A DNA stretch of 64,000 nucleotides from Prochlorococcus sp. AG-355-P07 (GCA_003280575.1 QCEN01000009.1:25-64024); one strand, 5' to 3'. Counted from the first letter of the stretch, positions 19,442-30,116 are shown. Numbers and translations are program-made. The notes: generated by a model from the letters alone, not told the origin.

Positions 19442-20665
19442 TTAAAGATCTCCCTTCTGCTTCATTGAATTAATTATTCTTGGAAATTCAATTCCCAGAG
19501 GATATTGATTTTTATAATTTAATTTATTGACAATTTCTGAAGGCAAATTAAATCCTAATTTATTCAATACAAAATTTCCTATTTTAGACCTATCAATTAT
19601 CCCTAAAGGGATATCTGCTTCATTGAGAACCAATATAAAACCTTCACCGGTTTCTTCAAGTCTTTCTATAGTTTTCCATAATTTATCTTTACTATAGACA
19701 CTTTCTAAACTATCAATTGGCTTCTTAAAATCGCCAACAAAATTTCGTTCCCATTTTTTTATGGAGACGGTTTTTAATATATTCTCATCAATAAAACCAG
19801 TCCATCTTCCATTATTAGTAACAAAAAAATATTTATCTGATGCATCCTTTTTATTTTTTATCAATGTATTCAATTCTAAGAAATTAGAATCGAATTCAAT
19901 TTTTCTTAAAGGCTTTAATTTAAGCTCAGAAACTTTAGTAAATTTAAGTATGTTTTCAATTTTAAAAAATTGACTTTCTGACTTTGAAGAATTAACTCCG
20001 AACAATCCTAAAAAAGAAAGAATAAGACCATAGTAAAAGTTAAATCTAAATAAACAAATTATCCCAAATAAAAGAACTAAAAAAGATAAAGATAAATTTA
20101 CTTTATTAAGAAAGTTTCTTCCTTTGTTTTTACTACCTGAGAAATGCCAAATAATACTTTTTAATAAACTTCCTCCATCTAAAGAACCTATTGGAATCAA
20201 ATTTAAAAAACCTAATAATAAATTTAATATACCTACTCTAGAGATAATATTAATGAATATTATTTCTTGGGAGGCACTGTAATTACTTATTAAAAGGAGA
20301 ATAAATGCTGTAGCAAAACATAATAAAGGTCTTATAATCGCGATTTTTATATTTCCAATAGCAGTTTCACAATACTTATCTATTTGTAAAATTGCTCCGA
20401 GAAAATAAAAAGTAATTTTTTTTATTTTTACTCCCTGATTTAAAGAAACAAAAGTATGTAAAACCTCATGGAAAATTATTGATGATAATAAGAAAAAAGA
20501 AGTTAAAAAACCTATAATCCATGCTTCTTTCATATTATAAATATCGCCTGAAGAAAAATTAACTTGATTACTTATGCTCCATGAAAATAAAAAGAGAAAA
20601 ACAAACCAATATGGATGAATTTTGAAGGGGATTCCCCATATTTTAAAAATCTGACAACTTCTCAA
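19442..20665 (-). CDS. Site-2 protease family (peptidase M50) membrane metalloprotease with C-terminal CBS-like region
   Basis: HEVLH zinc motif in a TM helix, multiple TM segments, LNLIPIGSLDGG motif. Confidence 0.75.
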   Translation of the reverse strand: MRSCQIFKIWGIPFKIHPYWFVFLFLFSWSISNQVNFSSGDIYNMKEAWIIGFLTSFFLLSSIIFHEVLHTFVSLNQGVKIKKITFYFLGAILQIDKYCETAIGNIKIAIIRPLLCFATAFILLLISNYSASQEIIFINIISRVGILNLLLGFLNLIPIGSLDGGSLLKSIIWHFSGSKNKGRNFLNKVNLSLSFLVLLFGIICLFRFNFYYGLILSFLGLFGVNSSKSESQFFKIENILKFTKVSELKLKPLRKIEFDSNFLELNTLIKNKKDASDKYFFVTNNGRWTGFIDENILKTVSIKKWERNFVGDFKKPIDSLESVYSKDKLWKTIERLEETGEGFILVLNEADIPLGIIDRSKIGNFVLNKLGFNLPSEIVNKLNYKNQYPLGIEFPRIINSMKQKGDL

Positions 20666-20720
20666 AAATAATCTCCGCTATATTTAGCAATAATATTAAT
20701 TTTACATACAGGCTAATGAT

Positions 20721-21377
20721 ATGCCCAAGACTAATACTTTAGTTAAAATTTGTGGACTAACGTCCGAAGAACAAGCTCTTAAAGTCGCTAAATTAGGAGC
20801 CCATGCTATTGGCATTATTTCTGTTGAAGAGTCACCAAGGTATGTATCAGCTGAAATTAAGAAAAAAATATTTAAAACCCTAGAATGTTTTTATCCGAAA
20901 ATCGATAGAGTATCTGTTGTACAAAATTGTCCTATAGATTTAATTATCAAAAATTTTCTAGGCAACCCAAGTGAAACTATCATTCAATTACATGGTGATG
21001 AAGATATTGATTACTGCAAAAAATTAAGAGAAAAAATACCAACTATTGGCTTATGGAAGGCTTTCAGGATAAAAACAGAAAAAGACTTGGATAGAATACA
21101 ACCTTTTGAAGATTTTGTAGATGCGATATTGCTTGATTCTTGGAATGAAAAAACTTATGGAGGTTCAGGAAAAAAAATAAAATCTAACTATCTAAAGAAT
21201 TTACAATTTAGCAAACCTTGGTGGTTAGCAGGTGGAATATCAATTAATTGGATCGATGAGATTTTAAATGAAATCAAACCAAATGGATTAGACATATCTA
21301 GCAGTATTGAAATTTCACCAGGTATAAAAGATCTAGAAAAAACAGAGGAACTTTTTAAGTTTTTAAAAAGGATTTAG
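20721..21377 (+). CDS. trpF: Phosphoribosylanthranilate isomerase
   Basis: 218 aa; VKICGLTS N-terminus and TIM-barrel TrpF pattern. Confidence 0.8.
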   Translation: MPKTNTLVKICGLTSEEQALKVAKLGAHAIGIISVEESPRYVSAEIKKKIFKTLECFYPKIDRVSVVQNCPIDLIIKNFLGNPSETIIQLHGDEDIDYCKKLREKIPTIGLWKAFRIKTEKDLDRIQPFEDFVDAILLDSWNEKTYGGSGKKIKSNYLKNLQFSKPWWLAGGISINWIDEILNEIKPNGLDISSSIEISPGIKDLEKTEELFKFLKRI

Positions 21378-22114
21378 TAATTATTAGTAGCAGACTGCTG
21401 TTTTACAAGCTCAAAAAATTCTTGTTTTAAACTTAAATCGTGTCTAAAATCGCCTCTCACCACAGAATTAATCATACTTGTATTTGGTTCTTTTACTCCT
21501 CTCCACTTCATACAATAATGTTGGGCTTTTACAATAATTCCTAAACCTTTAGGTTCACACAGTTTTTCGATTTCATCTGCAAGAATCATTACAGCTTCTT
21601 CCTGAATATGAGGTCTTGAAAAAACCCAATCAGCAACTCTGGCAAATTTTGAAAGTCCTATGACATTATTTCCAGGTTTAATACCTATCCAACACTCTCC
21701 TAAAATTGGAACTAAGTGATGTGAACATGCCGATCTGACAGTAATTGGGCCAACGGTGTAAATCTCATCAAGATTTTTGTCATTTGGGAAACTTGTAACT
21801 TTAGGTTGTTTATGATATCTGCCTTTGAAAACTTCATTTAAATACATTTTTGAAACTCTTTCAGCAGTTTCTTGAGTATTATGATCATTTTCAGTATCAA
21901 TTACGAGGGAATTAAGTAGATCTTTAACTCTAGAGGCTACTTCTTTTTCCAAAATTTCTAATTCTCCAGGATTTATAAAATCTGCAATATTATCATTAGC
22001 ACTAAATCTTGTTCCAGAATTCTTGATTCTGTCTCTTATAATTTCAGAGATTAATTTATTAGTAATCTGGTCATCGAATTTTTTAATATTATCGTTGGGT
22101 AATGTAGAGGTCAT
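21374..22114 (-). CDS. folE: GTP cyclohydrolase I
   Basis: CSHHLVP zinc-site motif and C-terminal HYCM..RG motif. Confidence 0.85.
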   Translation of the reverse strand: MTSTLPNDNIKKFDDQITNKLISEIIRDRIKNSGTRFSANDNIADFINPGELEILEKEVASRVKDLLNSLVIDTENDHNTQETAERVSKMYLNEVFKGRYHKQPKVTSFPNDKNLDEIYTVGPITVRSACSHHLVPILGECWIGIKPGNNVIGLSKFARVADWVFSRPHIQEEAVMILADEIEKLCEPKGLGIIVKAQHYCMKWRGVKEPNTSMINSVVRGDFRHDLSLKQEFFELVKQQSATNNY

Positions 22115-22267
22115 AAAATTCTAAACAGAAAATTGTATGCAACTTAATTAACTGTATCTTCCAAAAGCTTAATTGCTTTAACACTATATCACATTCTCTT
22201 GTTTAATCGGGTTCAAATATCCCTAAAAAAAATCACTTTTTTAAGATTAAATAGATAATTAGGATAT

Positions 22268-22975
22268 CTAAAAGGCTCCTCCAGAAGGCATCAAAGTTAA
22301 GTCTTCTATTAATTGTGATTCAGGTTTTTGAGCCATATACAGAATAGTATCTGATACCTCGCTTGAGGAAAGCATAGAAGTTCTATCAAAATCAGAATTG
22401 ATTGATTCGGAGTCCCAAAGAGGAGTATTCACTGAACCAAGAGTTATTGTGCAAACTCTTATTGAATTAGATCTCTCTTCTTCCCTCAAGCATTTAGTAA
22501 ACATTGCTAGTGCAGATTTTGAAACACAATAAGCTCCCCATTGTGGGAATGCATTATAAGAGGCATGGCTACTAACATTAATGACTAAACCACCATTTTT
22601 TCTCATTTGAGGAATTATTGAGCTACAAATTTGAAAAACACTTGTGAGGTTTATTTGAATAGTTTGTTCCCATTGACCTAAATCCATCTCAACTAAAGGC
22701 CCATTAAATGCACAACCGGCATTATTTATTAATACTGAAGGGCACCCATACTTTTCAATTGCTTCCTTAACGCAATGCTCTATTTCTAGAGGATTAGATA
22801 AATCACATTTAACTAGGCTAATTTTTGATTTAGTAGGCAACAATTTGCTTTTCAGTTTCTGCATTAAATCCATATTCCTGGATAGTAAAATTAAATCCCA
22901 GCCAGCATTAGCAAAAGTAATTGCGGTAGATCTACCAATACCTTTCGTTGCACCCGTTATAAAAGCTAGTTTCAA
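22268..22975 (-). CDS. Short-chain dehydrogenase/reductase (SDR)
   Basis: TGATKGIGRS cofactor motif, NNAG, and YCVSK catalytic motif. The maximal ORF to 23074 would overlap accA by about 100 nt, so the TTG at 22975 is preferred. Start uncertain. Confidence 0.8.
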   Translation of the reverse strand: MKLAFITGATKGIGRSTAITFANAGWDLILLSRNMDLMQKLKSKLLPTKSKISLVKCDLSNPLEIEHCVKEAIEKYGCPSVLINNAGCAFNGPLVEMDLGQWEQTIQINLTSVFQICSSIIPQMRKNGGLVINVSSHASYNAFPQWGAYCVSKSALAMFTKCLREEERSNSIRVCTITLGSVNTPLWDSESINSDFDRTSMLSSSEVSDTILYMAQKPESQLIEDLTLMPSGGAF

Positions 22976-22976
22976 T

Positions 22977-23984
22977 TTATTCAGTTTTTTGGGGAATTTC
23001 ACTATAAATCTCTTCAATATTGTTTGCTTCGATAAATTTACCCAAAACCCTAAATTTTTTGTATCTTTCCGCAATTAATTCATCTTCAGGCATTTGCAAT
23101 AAATCATTAAGGTGTTTCAAAATAGCCTCTTTCAATGTATTACCGGCATCTAAAGGAGCCCAATTGTTCCCGCCAGAAGGTTCTGGTAATACCTCATCAA
23201 TTATCCCCAATTTAAGTAAATCTTTACCTGTAATTTTAAGTGCTAATGCTGCTTCAGGCGCCTTCGCAGCATCTCTCCACAAAATTGATGCACATGCTTC
23301 TGGACTAGCCACTGTATAAACACTGTGTTCAAACATTAGTAACCTATCGGCAACACCTATTCCGAGTGCGCCTCCTGAACCCCCTTCTCCAATGACAGTA
23401 GCCACAATTGGAACTTTCAATCCAAACATCTCTCGAAGGTTTCTTGCAATCGCTTCACCTTGACCTTGTTCTTCAGCTTTTAAACCGGCATAAGCTCCAG
23501 GAGTATCAATAAATGTAAGAATTGGCAAAGAGAATCTATTTGCATGCTGCATTAATCTAAGAGCTTTTCTGTAACCTCCTGGTTTTGCCATCCCAAAGTT
23601 TCTTACTACATTTTCTTTTGTGTCCCTTCCTTTCTGATGCCCTAACATCAACACTGGTCTATTATTTATCGAACCTATCCCCCCAATTAGTGCCATATCA
23701 TCGCCACCATTTCTGTCTCCATGTAATTCAATCCAGTCATCACAAAACATTTGAACAAAATCCAAAGTACTTGGTCTTTGAGGATGTCTTGCTACCTGAA
23801 TCTTTTGAGCAGGGGTGAGAGATTTAAATATTTCTTCTCTTCTCCTAGCAGCTAAGGTTTCAAGCTGCAGAAGCTGTTGACTAACATCTACTTCTGAATC
23901 TCTTGCTAATTCTTTAATTTGCTCTATCTGCTTCTCAAGTTCAACAAGAGGTTTTTCAAAATCAAGGAGGTAACGTTTAGCCAT
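22977..23984 (-). CDS. accA: Acetyl-CoA carboxylase carboxyltransferase alpha subunit
   Basis: 335 aa, [26 protein letters not shown]...; canonical AccA. Confidence 0.95.
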   Translation of the reverse strand: MAKRYLLDFEKPLVELEKQIEQIKELARDSEVDVSQQLLQLETLAARRREEIFKSLTPAQKIQVARHPQRPSTLDFVQMFCDDWIELHGDRNGGDDMALIGGIGSINNRPVLMLGHQKGRDTKENVVRNFGMAKPGGYRKALRLMQHANRFSLPILTFIDTPGAYAGLKAEEQGQGEAIARNLREMFGLKVPIVATVIGEGGSGGALGIGVADRLLMFEHSVYTVASPEACASILWRDAAKAPEAALALKITGKDLLKLGIIDEVLPEPSGGNNWAPLDAGNTLKEAILKHLNDLLQMPEDELIAERYKKFRVLGKFIEANNIEEIYSEIPQKTE

Positions 23985-23987
23985 AAT

Positions 23988-25028
23988 TTATACAGTTAAT
24001 ACTTTAGGCTGCTTATCAAGTTCAATCGCAGAAAAACCATGCTTTAAAGAAGCTGCTCCAATAAACTCCATCTTTTCGAGGGAAATGTTATTTCTTCCCC
24101 AACTAAAATTTGTATGACACTTTTCAAATTCTAAAATCATAGCTTCTGCAAAGCAAGCAAACATCTCTCGCTGAGGGTTTTGCATTTCCGCAAGTTCCAT
24201 CATATTCCAACCAATATCATTGAAAAACTCTACTATACCTCCTTTCAAAACATGAATATTTTCACCCTGAAATTTCTCATCAAGATTTTTGGGGTATCCG
24301 CCATCAATCATTAAACATGGTTTTTTTAGGTTATTTGTATCAATTTCAATAGTTTTAGGCATACTTGCAACCCATACAACAATATCTGCCTGAGGCAATG
24401 CCTCATTTAAGCTTGTTACGGTGCCGCCATTTAATTCTTTTTGTAAAAGAGCTAGTGGTTCTTGTTGTCTTGCTACCATAAGAAGTTCTGAAATACCAGT
24501 TTTATTGATAAGCCATCTACAAACAGCACTACCAATATCACCAGTAGCACCAATTACAGCAACAGTTGCTTTTTTAAGGTCTATCCCAATGCGAGGCGCA
24601 TTTATTTCTAGTTGCTTACAAATAACCCAAGCGGTATGAGTATTGCCAGTAGTAAACCTTTCCCACTCTAATGAAGTATTTCGAATTTGTTTATGCTGTA
24701 AAAGATTAAAATTCTCAAAAATAATAGAAGTAAATCCTCCTAAGGCGGTAATATTTATCCCTTTTTTCTGAGCTAGTTCCATAGCATTTAGTACTTTTCT
24801 TCTAGCCGTTTTAAACCTAGAAAGCATCTCAGGAACAAAGCACGAATCTATATAAGAACCTTCAATAGATATTCCAGTAGCACTCTTAACTTCTACATTT
24901 TCAACAAGCTGAGGAGGAGCAGTACACCAAACATCCAAATCGCCATCAGCAATATGATCAAAGCCTAGCATCGAAGCTTTTCTTTTTGCATCTTCAAAAC
25001 TGGTTGAGTGGCCTATTAACCCAAACAT
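23988..25028 (-). CDS. aar: Acyl-ACP reductase (alkane pathway)
   Basis: 346 aa, [15 protein letters not shown]...[13 protein letters not shown]; closely matches the AAR family and lies next to ado. Confidence 0.92.
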   Translation of the reverse strand: MFGLIGHSTSFEDAKRKASMLGFDHIADGDLDVWCTAPPQLVENVEVKSATGISIEGSYIDSCFVPEMLSRFKTARRKVLNAMELAQKKGINITALGGFTSIIFENFNLLQHKQIRNTSLEWERFTTGNTHTAWVICKQLEINAPRIGIDLKKATVAVIGATGDIGSAVCRWLINKTGISELLMVARQQEPLALLQKELNGGTVTSLNEALPQADIVVWVASMPKTIEIDTNNLKKPCLMIDGGYPKNLDEKFQGENIHVLKGGIVEFFNDIGWNMMELAEMQNPQREMFACFAEAMILEFEKCHTNFSWGRNNISLEKMEFIGAASLKHGFSAIELDKQPKVLTV

Positions 25029-25136
25029 TTAAAATTTATAAATGGTTTCTATACAATGTTATGAACAATAGCACAGAGGTAACTACTTCAATAGGATTGA
25101 TTAATTATTAAAATCCTTAACTAATTAGAAATGTAA

Positions 25137-25892
25137 TTAGACGATAGCTGCCATAGCCATTCTTGCTATTTCTCTATTATCTAGACCTATTTCCATCAAT
25201 GTATCTTGATACGCAATCATAAATTCTTCCATTAATTCTTCTCTGTCCATAGCCAAAACTGATGCGTCATCTGCTACTTCATCTAACATCTTTTTAATTA
25301 ACGGAAGATTAACCTTATTAGCTTCCATTAATTCCTCTTTACATGTGGATAGATTTTCTTTAAGCCACTCTTGCCCATAATTTAAATGAAGATATTCATC
25401 TTTAACCACTCCTTCTGTTATTTTTTTTGCAAAAGGATCCGCAACTCTTATGTAGACGTTATAAGCAGAGATTGCAAATGCTTCAATTAAGATAGCTTGT
25501 ATTAAAAGACATGTTGTTAGATTTCCTTTTTCAAGAGCGACTTGAAAATTACCATGTAATTTAGAAAAGAATTTTTTAGCAAATTCCATATCAGCTACTA
25601 CACCTAAATTTCTTCCGCATGCAGTAAACCCTTTTTTATGCTTCATTTCCATCCTCGCTAATTTAGTCAACTCCTCTAACTCATCTGGAATTAAAGTTGC
25701 TATTGAAATGTAATTATCATGAGCCTCTTGCTCTCCCTCTATAACAATTGCATTTATTCTGCTGTATGCATCCTTATAAGAATCTGTAGTGAAGTCGGGC
25801 AAATCTAAAGAAATCGGATTAGTCGATTCGTCAATAGTTTTTTTATTTGATTCTAGAGTTTGCATGTCAGTAATCTTTAGCTCATTATGCAT
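25137..25892 (-). CDS. ado: Aldehyde-deformylating oxygenase (aldehyde decarbonylase)
   Basis: 251 aa ferritin-like di-iron protein; EGEQEAHDNY and EAFAISAYNVY motifs. Confidence 0.92.
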   Translation of the reverse strand: MHNELKITDMQTLESNKKTIDESTNPISLDLPDFTTDSYKDAYSRINAIVIEGEQEAHDNYISIATLIPDELEELTKLARMEMKHKKGFTACGRNLGVVADMEFAKKFFSKLHGNFQVALEKGNLTTCLLIQAILIEAFAISAYNVYIRVADPFAKKITEGVVKDEYLHLNYGQEWLKENLSTCKEELMEANKVNLPLIKKMLDEVADDASVLAMDREELMEEFMIAYQDTLMEIGLDNREIARMAMAAIV

Positions 25893-25976
25893 GAATATTA
25901 CACGATTATAGAGAGTTTATTTAAATATCATGAAAATAGTTTCAATTGTTAAGTCACATTTTTTACTTAAACTTAT

Positions 25977-26771
25977 TTAAGAATTGTTTGGCCAATCTGA
26001 TTCCATCAGATTCATAATCAATTTAAACCAATGATTTATCAATAATTCCTTTAAATTTTTCCCTAAAGACTCATTTGCTCCTCTACTATCACCTATAACA
26101 CCTGATTTACTGAAGTCGTCAGTAAGCCAAGCGGTCGGAGCATTTCCCTCTAAACTCCAACCTTCTGGGATCTGTCCTTTTATGCCCTCATTTGGACGTT
26201 CATCACCTACTAATTCTGGTTTTAAAGCAAGCATCAAACTTGTTTCAGCTAAAGAAGCATGAAGCCCAACCTCGATCTCAGTTTTTGTTAACAAATCACT
26301 TAATCCATTAACGCCACTCCATAAGAAACAAGGGAAAACTGCCATCCCAGGTGCGAAACTTCTTAGCTCTCTTGCTGCGGTATTTAATAGTGAGATTTGA
26401 CCTCCATGTCCATTAATCAATATCAATCTTTTAAAACCCATTTCAGATAATTGAACTCCGACTTCCTTAATCATTGAGGTTAGCAAATTTGAGGAAAGTG
26501 AAATTGTTCCGGCAAAACCCTTATGTTCTGGAGAAAATCCAATATATTGAGTAGGAAGTTTTTTTAATGGAATATCGGAAGAGATTAATTTAAAAACTTC
26601 GCTAATTATTTCATCAACAAAAATACTATCTGTAGCAAGAGGCAAATGTGGTCCATGTTGCTCAACAGCACCGAATGGCCAAATCAATGTAGATCTTTTG
26701 TCTTTTGCAATACTTTCAATTTCTTGCCAATTTAAATATTCAAATTTATTAGGAATTGGTTTAAAGTTCAT
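25977..26771 (-). CDS. Creatininase (creatinine amidohydrolase) family protein
   Basis: GAVEQHGPHLPL and INGHGGQ motifs. Confidence 0.8.
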   Translation of the reverse strand: MNFKPIPNKFEYLNWQEIESIAKDKRSTLIWPFGAVEQHGPHLPLATDSIFVDEIISEVFKLISSDIPLKKLPTQYIGFSPEHKGFAGTISLSSNLLTSMIKEVGVQLSEMGFKRLILINGHGGQISLLNTAARELRSFAPGMAVFPCFLWSGVNGLSDLLTKTEIEVGLHASLAETSLMLALKPELVGDERPNEGIKGQIPEGWSLEGNAPTAWLTDDFSKSGVIGDSRGANESLGKNLKELLINHWFKLIMNLMESDWPNNS

Positions 26772-26837
26772 TAATTTTAATTTCGAGTACTAACATTTAG
26801 AGTATGTTAATAATTAATTATTCTTATTTTACCTACG

Positions 26838-28052
26838 ATGGGAGTCAGTAATAAAAATGCCCAAGATAATATCCAACCAAAGGGCAATAAAAAAGATTTT
26901 AAAAAACCTCTTCAGGTTCTTCAACTAACCAAGAAAGATAATCAAAAAAAACCTCAAGAAATATTGAATGAGCAACCCAATTCGCAAGAAGATATTAAAA
27001 AGGAAAATATCGCAATTAAACCTCAAATAACAAAAGAAGAATCAGTAAAAGAATTTGAGAACAGAATTGAAAACACTAAATCTTTTGATAGTTCTCAACA
27101 AGACTTAAATAAACCCCTTAATTTTTCTGAGCAAAATACTGATTTTCAACTAGAAAGAACAGTTGATGAATTCGATTTTGATGAAAGTGCTTTTTTGGAG
27201 GCTTTAAATGCAAATGAGCCAATTGGGGCTACTGGAGAAACAATTTCAGGGAAGGTTATAGCAATTGAAAGTGATGGACTATATATCGACATTGGTGGGA
27301 AAGCACCTGGTTATATGCCAAAAAAAGAAAGTGGGTTGGGCGTAATAACTAACTTTAAAGAAAAATTTTCTATAGGTCATGAAATAGAAGTTTTGGTTAT
27401 AAAAGAACAAAATGCTGATGGGATGGTTACAGTGAGCGCTCGGGCATTAATTCTCAGAAAAAGTTGGGAGAAAGTTTCAAGTTCCGCAAAAAACGGAGAA
27501 TTAATTGAAGTTTTAATTAATGGATTTAACAGAGGTGGGCTTACATGTGATGTAGATGGATTGAGAGGCTTCATCCCAAGATCCCAACTTAAAGATGGTC
27601 AAGATCATCAATCTTTTGTTGGCAAGACTTTAAAAGTAGCATTTCTTGAAGTGAATCCAGAATCCAGAAAATTAGTTCTCTCTGAAAAGAAAGCATCATT
27701 AGTCTCTAAACTTACAAGTCTAGAATTGGGTCAATTAATTGAAGGAGAAGTTTTAGCTGTAAAACCATATGGCTTTTTTATTGATTTAGGTGGAGCTAGT
27801 GGACTTCTGCATCAATCCTCACTCACAAATGGGTCTATTCGTTCTTTACGAGAAGTTTTTAGAGAAGGAGAAATTATAAAAGCTTTAATATCTGAAATTG
27901 ACCTCGAGAAAGGGCGCATTGGTCTCAATACTGCACTCCTAGAAAAATCTGCGGGAGAATTAATTATTGATAAGCAAAAAGTTATGCAAGAAGCAACAGA
28001 AAGAGCACTAAAAACTAAAGCACTCTTCGATAAAAAAGAACAAGATAAATGA
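26838..28052 (+). CDS. Ribosomal protein S1-like protein (S1 RNA-binding domain repeats, long acidic/basic N-terminus)
   Basis: Three S1-domain-like segments (GKVIAIESDGLYIDIG..., GFNRGGLTCDVDGLRGFIP, GEVLAVKPYGFFIDLG). Confidence 0.8.
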   Translation: MGVSNKNAQDNIQPKGNKKDFKKPLQVLQLTKKDNQKKPQEILNEQPNSQEDIKKENIAIKPQITKEESVKEFENRIENTKSFDSSQQDLNKPLNFSEQNTDFQLERTVDEFDFDESAFLEALNANEPIGATGETISGKVIAIESDGLYIDIGGKAPGYMPKKESGLGVITNFKEKFSIGHEIEVLVIKEQNADGMVTVSARALILRKSWEKVSSSAKNGELIEVLINGFNRGGLTCDVDGLRGFIPRSQLKDGQDHQSFVGKTLKVAFLEVNPESRKLVLSEKKASLVSKLTSLELGQLIEGEVLAVKPYGFFIDLGGASGLLHQSSLTNGSIRSLREVFREGEIIKALISEIDLEKGRIGLNTALLEKSAGELIIDKQKVMQEATERALKTKALFDKKEQDK

Positions 28053-28954
28053 ACATCAATAAAAAAATGGAGTCAAGTCTTAAATTAAAAATTTCAGATT
28101 GGGAATTAGACTTTTACTCAAGACCAATTATTGAATCAAATGGTAAAAAAAGGTGGGAGTTAATTATTTGCTCTACAAGAAGTTATAAGACAGAAGATAT
28201 TTTTCTTTGGAATAAAAAATGCCCTGCCAATGAAGTTAACTCAGTATGGCTTACAAAAGCACTAAATGAAGCAATAAGTGAAGCAAAAAAACAAGGGTGG
28301 GAGAAACCTTCAATAGTTCGATTCTGGAGGTCGTCAATGAAATCGATCATTAAGAAATCTCTGGAGAACCTAAGTATTGAAGCCATTATTAGTAGGAGAA
28401 CTTACGATTTATTAGATAGAATAGATTTTCTCGAAAAAGAGATTTATCCAAAGGAAAAAGGTTATGTAAGAGGGGTATTAGCCCCTACTTTTACTTCTAA
28501 GCTGGAGAATTCTCCTACACCTCTACCAGAAGCAGTACGGGGCGATGCTTTAACAATCTCTGAAATATCAATTGGCGAACTAAAATCAGCAGAAAATTGG
28601 CCTATAGAATTTGGAGATATTTTCCCAATTCGGCAAGATTTGGATGATAATTACTTAGTTCCTGGATTAAGACTTTTTAGCAAAGATAGATCTTTAGCTC
28701 TTTCTGCATGGTTCAGTTGTTTAGAACCTGTTAAATTAGTCGTCAATAAGAACCAACTAATACTTGAAGCTTCAGAAGACGATAAGTGGCTGGTAACTGA
28801 TTTACCAAAAAAAGATGCAAACATTTTGAGTACAAAGTTTTTAGAGAATAAAAAAAATTCTTTTGGTTATCAATTTATTTCCATACAGTCGACGCCATAC
28901 ATCGAAAAATTTGCAGGATTCTGGATATTGAGAGATATTGAATTAATTTCATAA
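28049..28954 (+). CDS. Conserved cyanobacterial/plastid protein, Tab2-like (DUF1092) putative RNA-binding protein
   Basis: WELDFYSRP N-terminal motif. ATGA overlap with the preceding S1-like gene. Family assignment is from memory. Confidence 0.6.
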   Translation: MNINKKMESSLKLKISDWELDFYSRPIIESNGKKRWELIICSTRSYKTEDIFLWNKKCPANEVNSVWLTKALNEAISEAKKQGWEKPSIVRFWRSSMKSIIKKSLENLSIEAIISRRTYDLLDRIDFLEKEIYPKEKGYVRGVLAPTFTSKLENSPTPLPEAVRGDALTISEISIGELKSAENWPIEFGDIFPIRQDLDDNYLVPGLRLFSKDRSLALSAWFSCLEPVKLVVNKNQLILEASEDDKWLVTDLPKKDANILSTKFLENKKNSFGYQFISIQSTPYIEKFAGFWILRDIELIS

Positions 28955-29189
28955 ATTCAGTTTAGGGGCAGGAACTATTCCATACAAAGAAATATATTTC
29001 TCAAAAGCTGAAATTTTTATTCAAAACAAAAAATTTGAGTATTATAAATCACCTATCCTTAGTCAAAATAATTTCAAACATGCATACTTTACGAAGTCAA
29101 GCTCTGAGAAATTTCTTCAATTATTAGGGAATCACTTTAATGAAAATTACATAAATTGTGTTTCCAATCAAATTCACAGTAATAAGATC

Positions 29190-29759
29190 GTGTTTGGATC
29201 GGATTCGGAAAAAGGGATTAAGACTGATGCAGATGGTCTTGTTAGTAATAAATGCAATCAAAACTTATGGGTTTACACAGCTGATTGTATGCCAATATTT
29301 TTTGCAGATAAAAGAACAAGAAATGTGGCAACCCTGCATTGTGGAAGGAAAGGTTTAGAAAAAAAAATAATAAAAAATCTGATTAAAATTTTCGATAATT
29401 ATGGGACATCTAGAGATAACTTACTTGTTGCAATAGGACCAGCGATTTCAAAGGAACATTATCTCGTTGATAAAATGACACTCGAAGAATTTTATAAAAA
29501 GGCTGAAAACAAAAATATAACGGTCAATTTTACTAAAGCTGAAAAAGATCTTTATTTTAGTGATTCAAATCACTTCAAAGAGCAAAACTTAAATCAAATT
29601 GATCTTAAAAGATCTGCCTTTGGACAACTTTTAAATGAGAACATCCCTAATACAAATATAGATATATCAAATTTATGCACATATAAATTAAAAAATGAAT
29701 TTAATTCCTGGAGAAGGAGTAAAACATTTTCGAGACAATGGAGTTTTATTTGCTCATAG
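29190..29759 (+). CDS. YfiH/PgeF (DUF152, laccase-domain) family protein; minimal ORF from GTG, with homology continuing upstream
   Basis: TADCMPIFF and ATLHCGRKG motifs. The in-frame upstream segment 28947-29189 still looks like the family N-terminus (FKHAYFTK) but has no ATG, GTG or TTG. Confidence 0.7.
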   Translation: MFGSDSEKGIKTDADGLVSNKCNQNLWVYTADCMPIFFADKRTRNVATLHCGRKGLEKKIIKNLIKIFDNYGTSRDNLLVAIGPAISKEHYLVDKMTLEEFYKKAENKNITVNFTKAEKDLYFSDSNHFKEQNLNQIDLKRSAFGQLLNENIPNTNIDISNLCTYKLKNEFNSWRRSKTFSRQWSFICS

Positions 29760-29765
29760 AGATAG

Positions 29766-30116
29766 TTAACTTGGACAAATTTCACTAGTTAACTCTTTTG
29801 CTACTAATAATTCGGTCATTTCCTTAGTACTTTTAATATCAAAAACTTTCGCTAACAAAATATTCTCTTTGAAACCAAAAGGTTTTATTTTCACTTTGCT
29901 TCCCCTTGGGAATTCTCTCTTAAGTAAATTAGTTGCTTCAAGCTCATCATTTTCATTTACATCTACACAAAATAATCCAATCGTTAAATTCCTATTTTGA
30001 TCCCCCACTAAAATAGTATTAGAACTTTTGATTTGAAGAATTTCAGCCGAGTTAACTATGACAGGATTAAGAAAAATCAAACAGATTATAATTAAAAATT
30101 TTGATAATTTTTTCAA
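29766..30116 (-). CDS. Hypothetical secreted protein (signal peptide)
   Basis: 116 aa; N-terminal MKKLSKFLIIICLIFLNPVIVNSA signal-like sequence. Confidence 0.5.
   Translation of the reverse strand: MKKLSKFLIIICLIFLNPVIVNSAEILQIKSSNTILVGDQNRNLTIGLFCVDVNENDELEATNLLKREFPRGSKVKIKPFGFKENILLAKVFDIKSTKEMTELLVAKELTSEICPS

Noticed and set aside
22976-23074. 5' extension of the SDR ORF overlapping the accA C-terminus by about 100 nt
   Set aside because: The Rossmann motif begins right after the internal TTG at 22975, and the extension ([13 protein letters not shown]...) looks like translated antisense or out-of-frame accA sequence. The shorter gene avoids the overlap.
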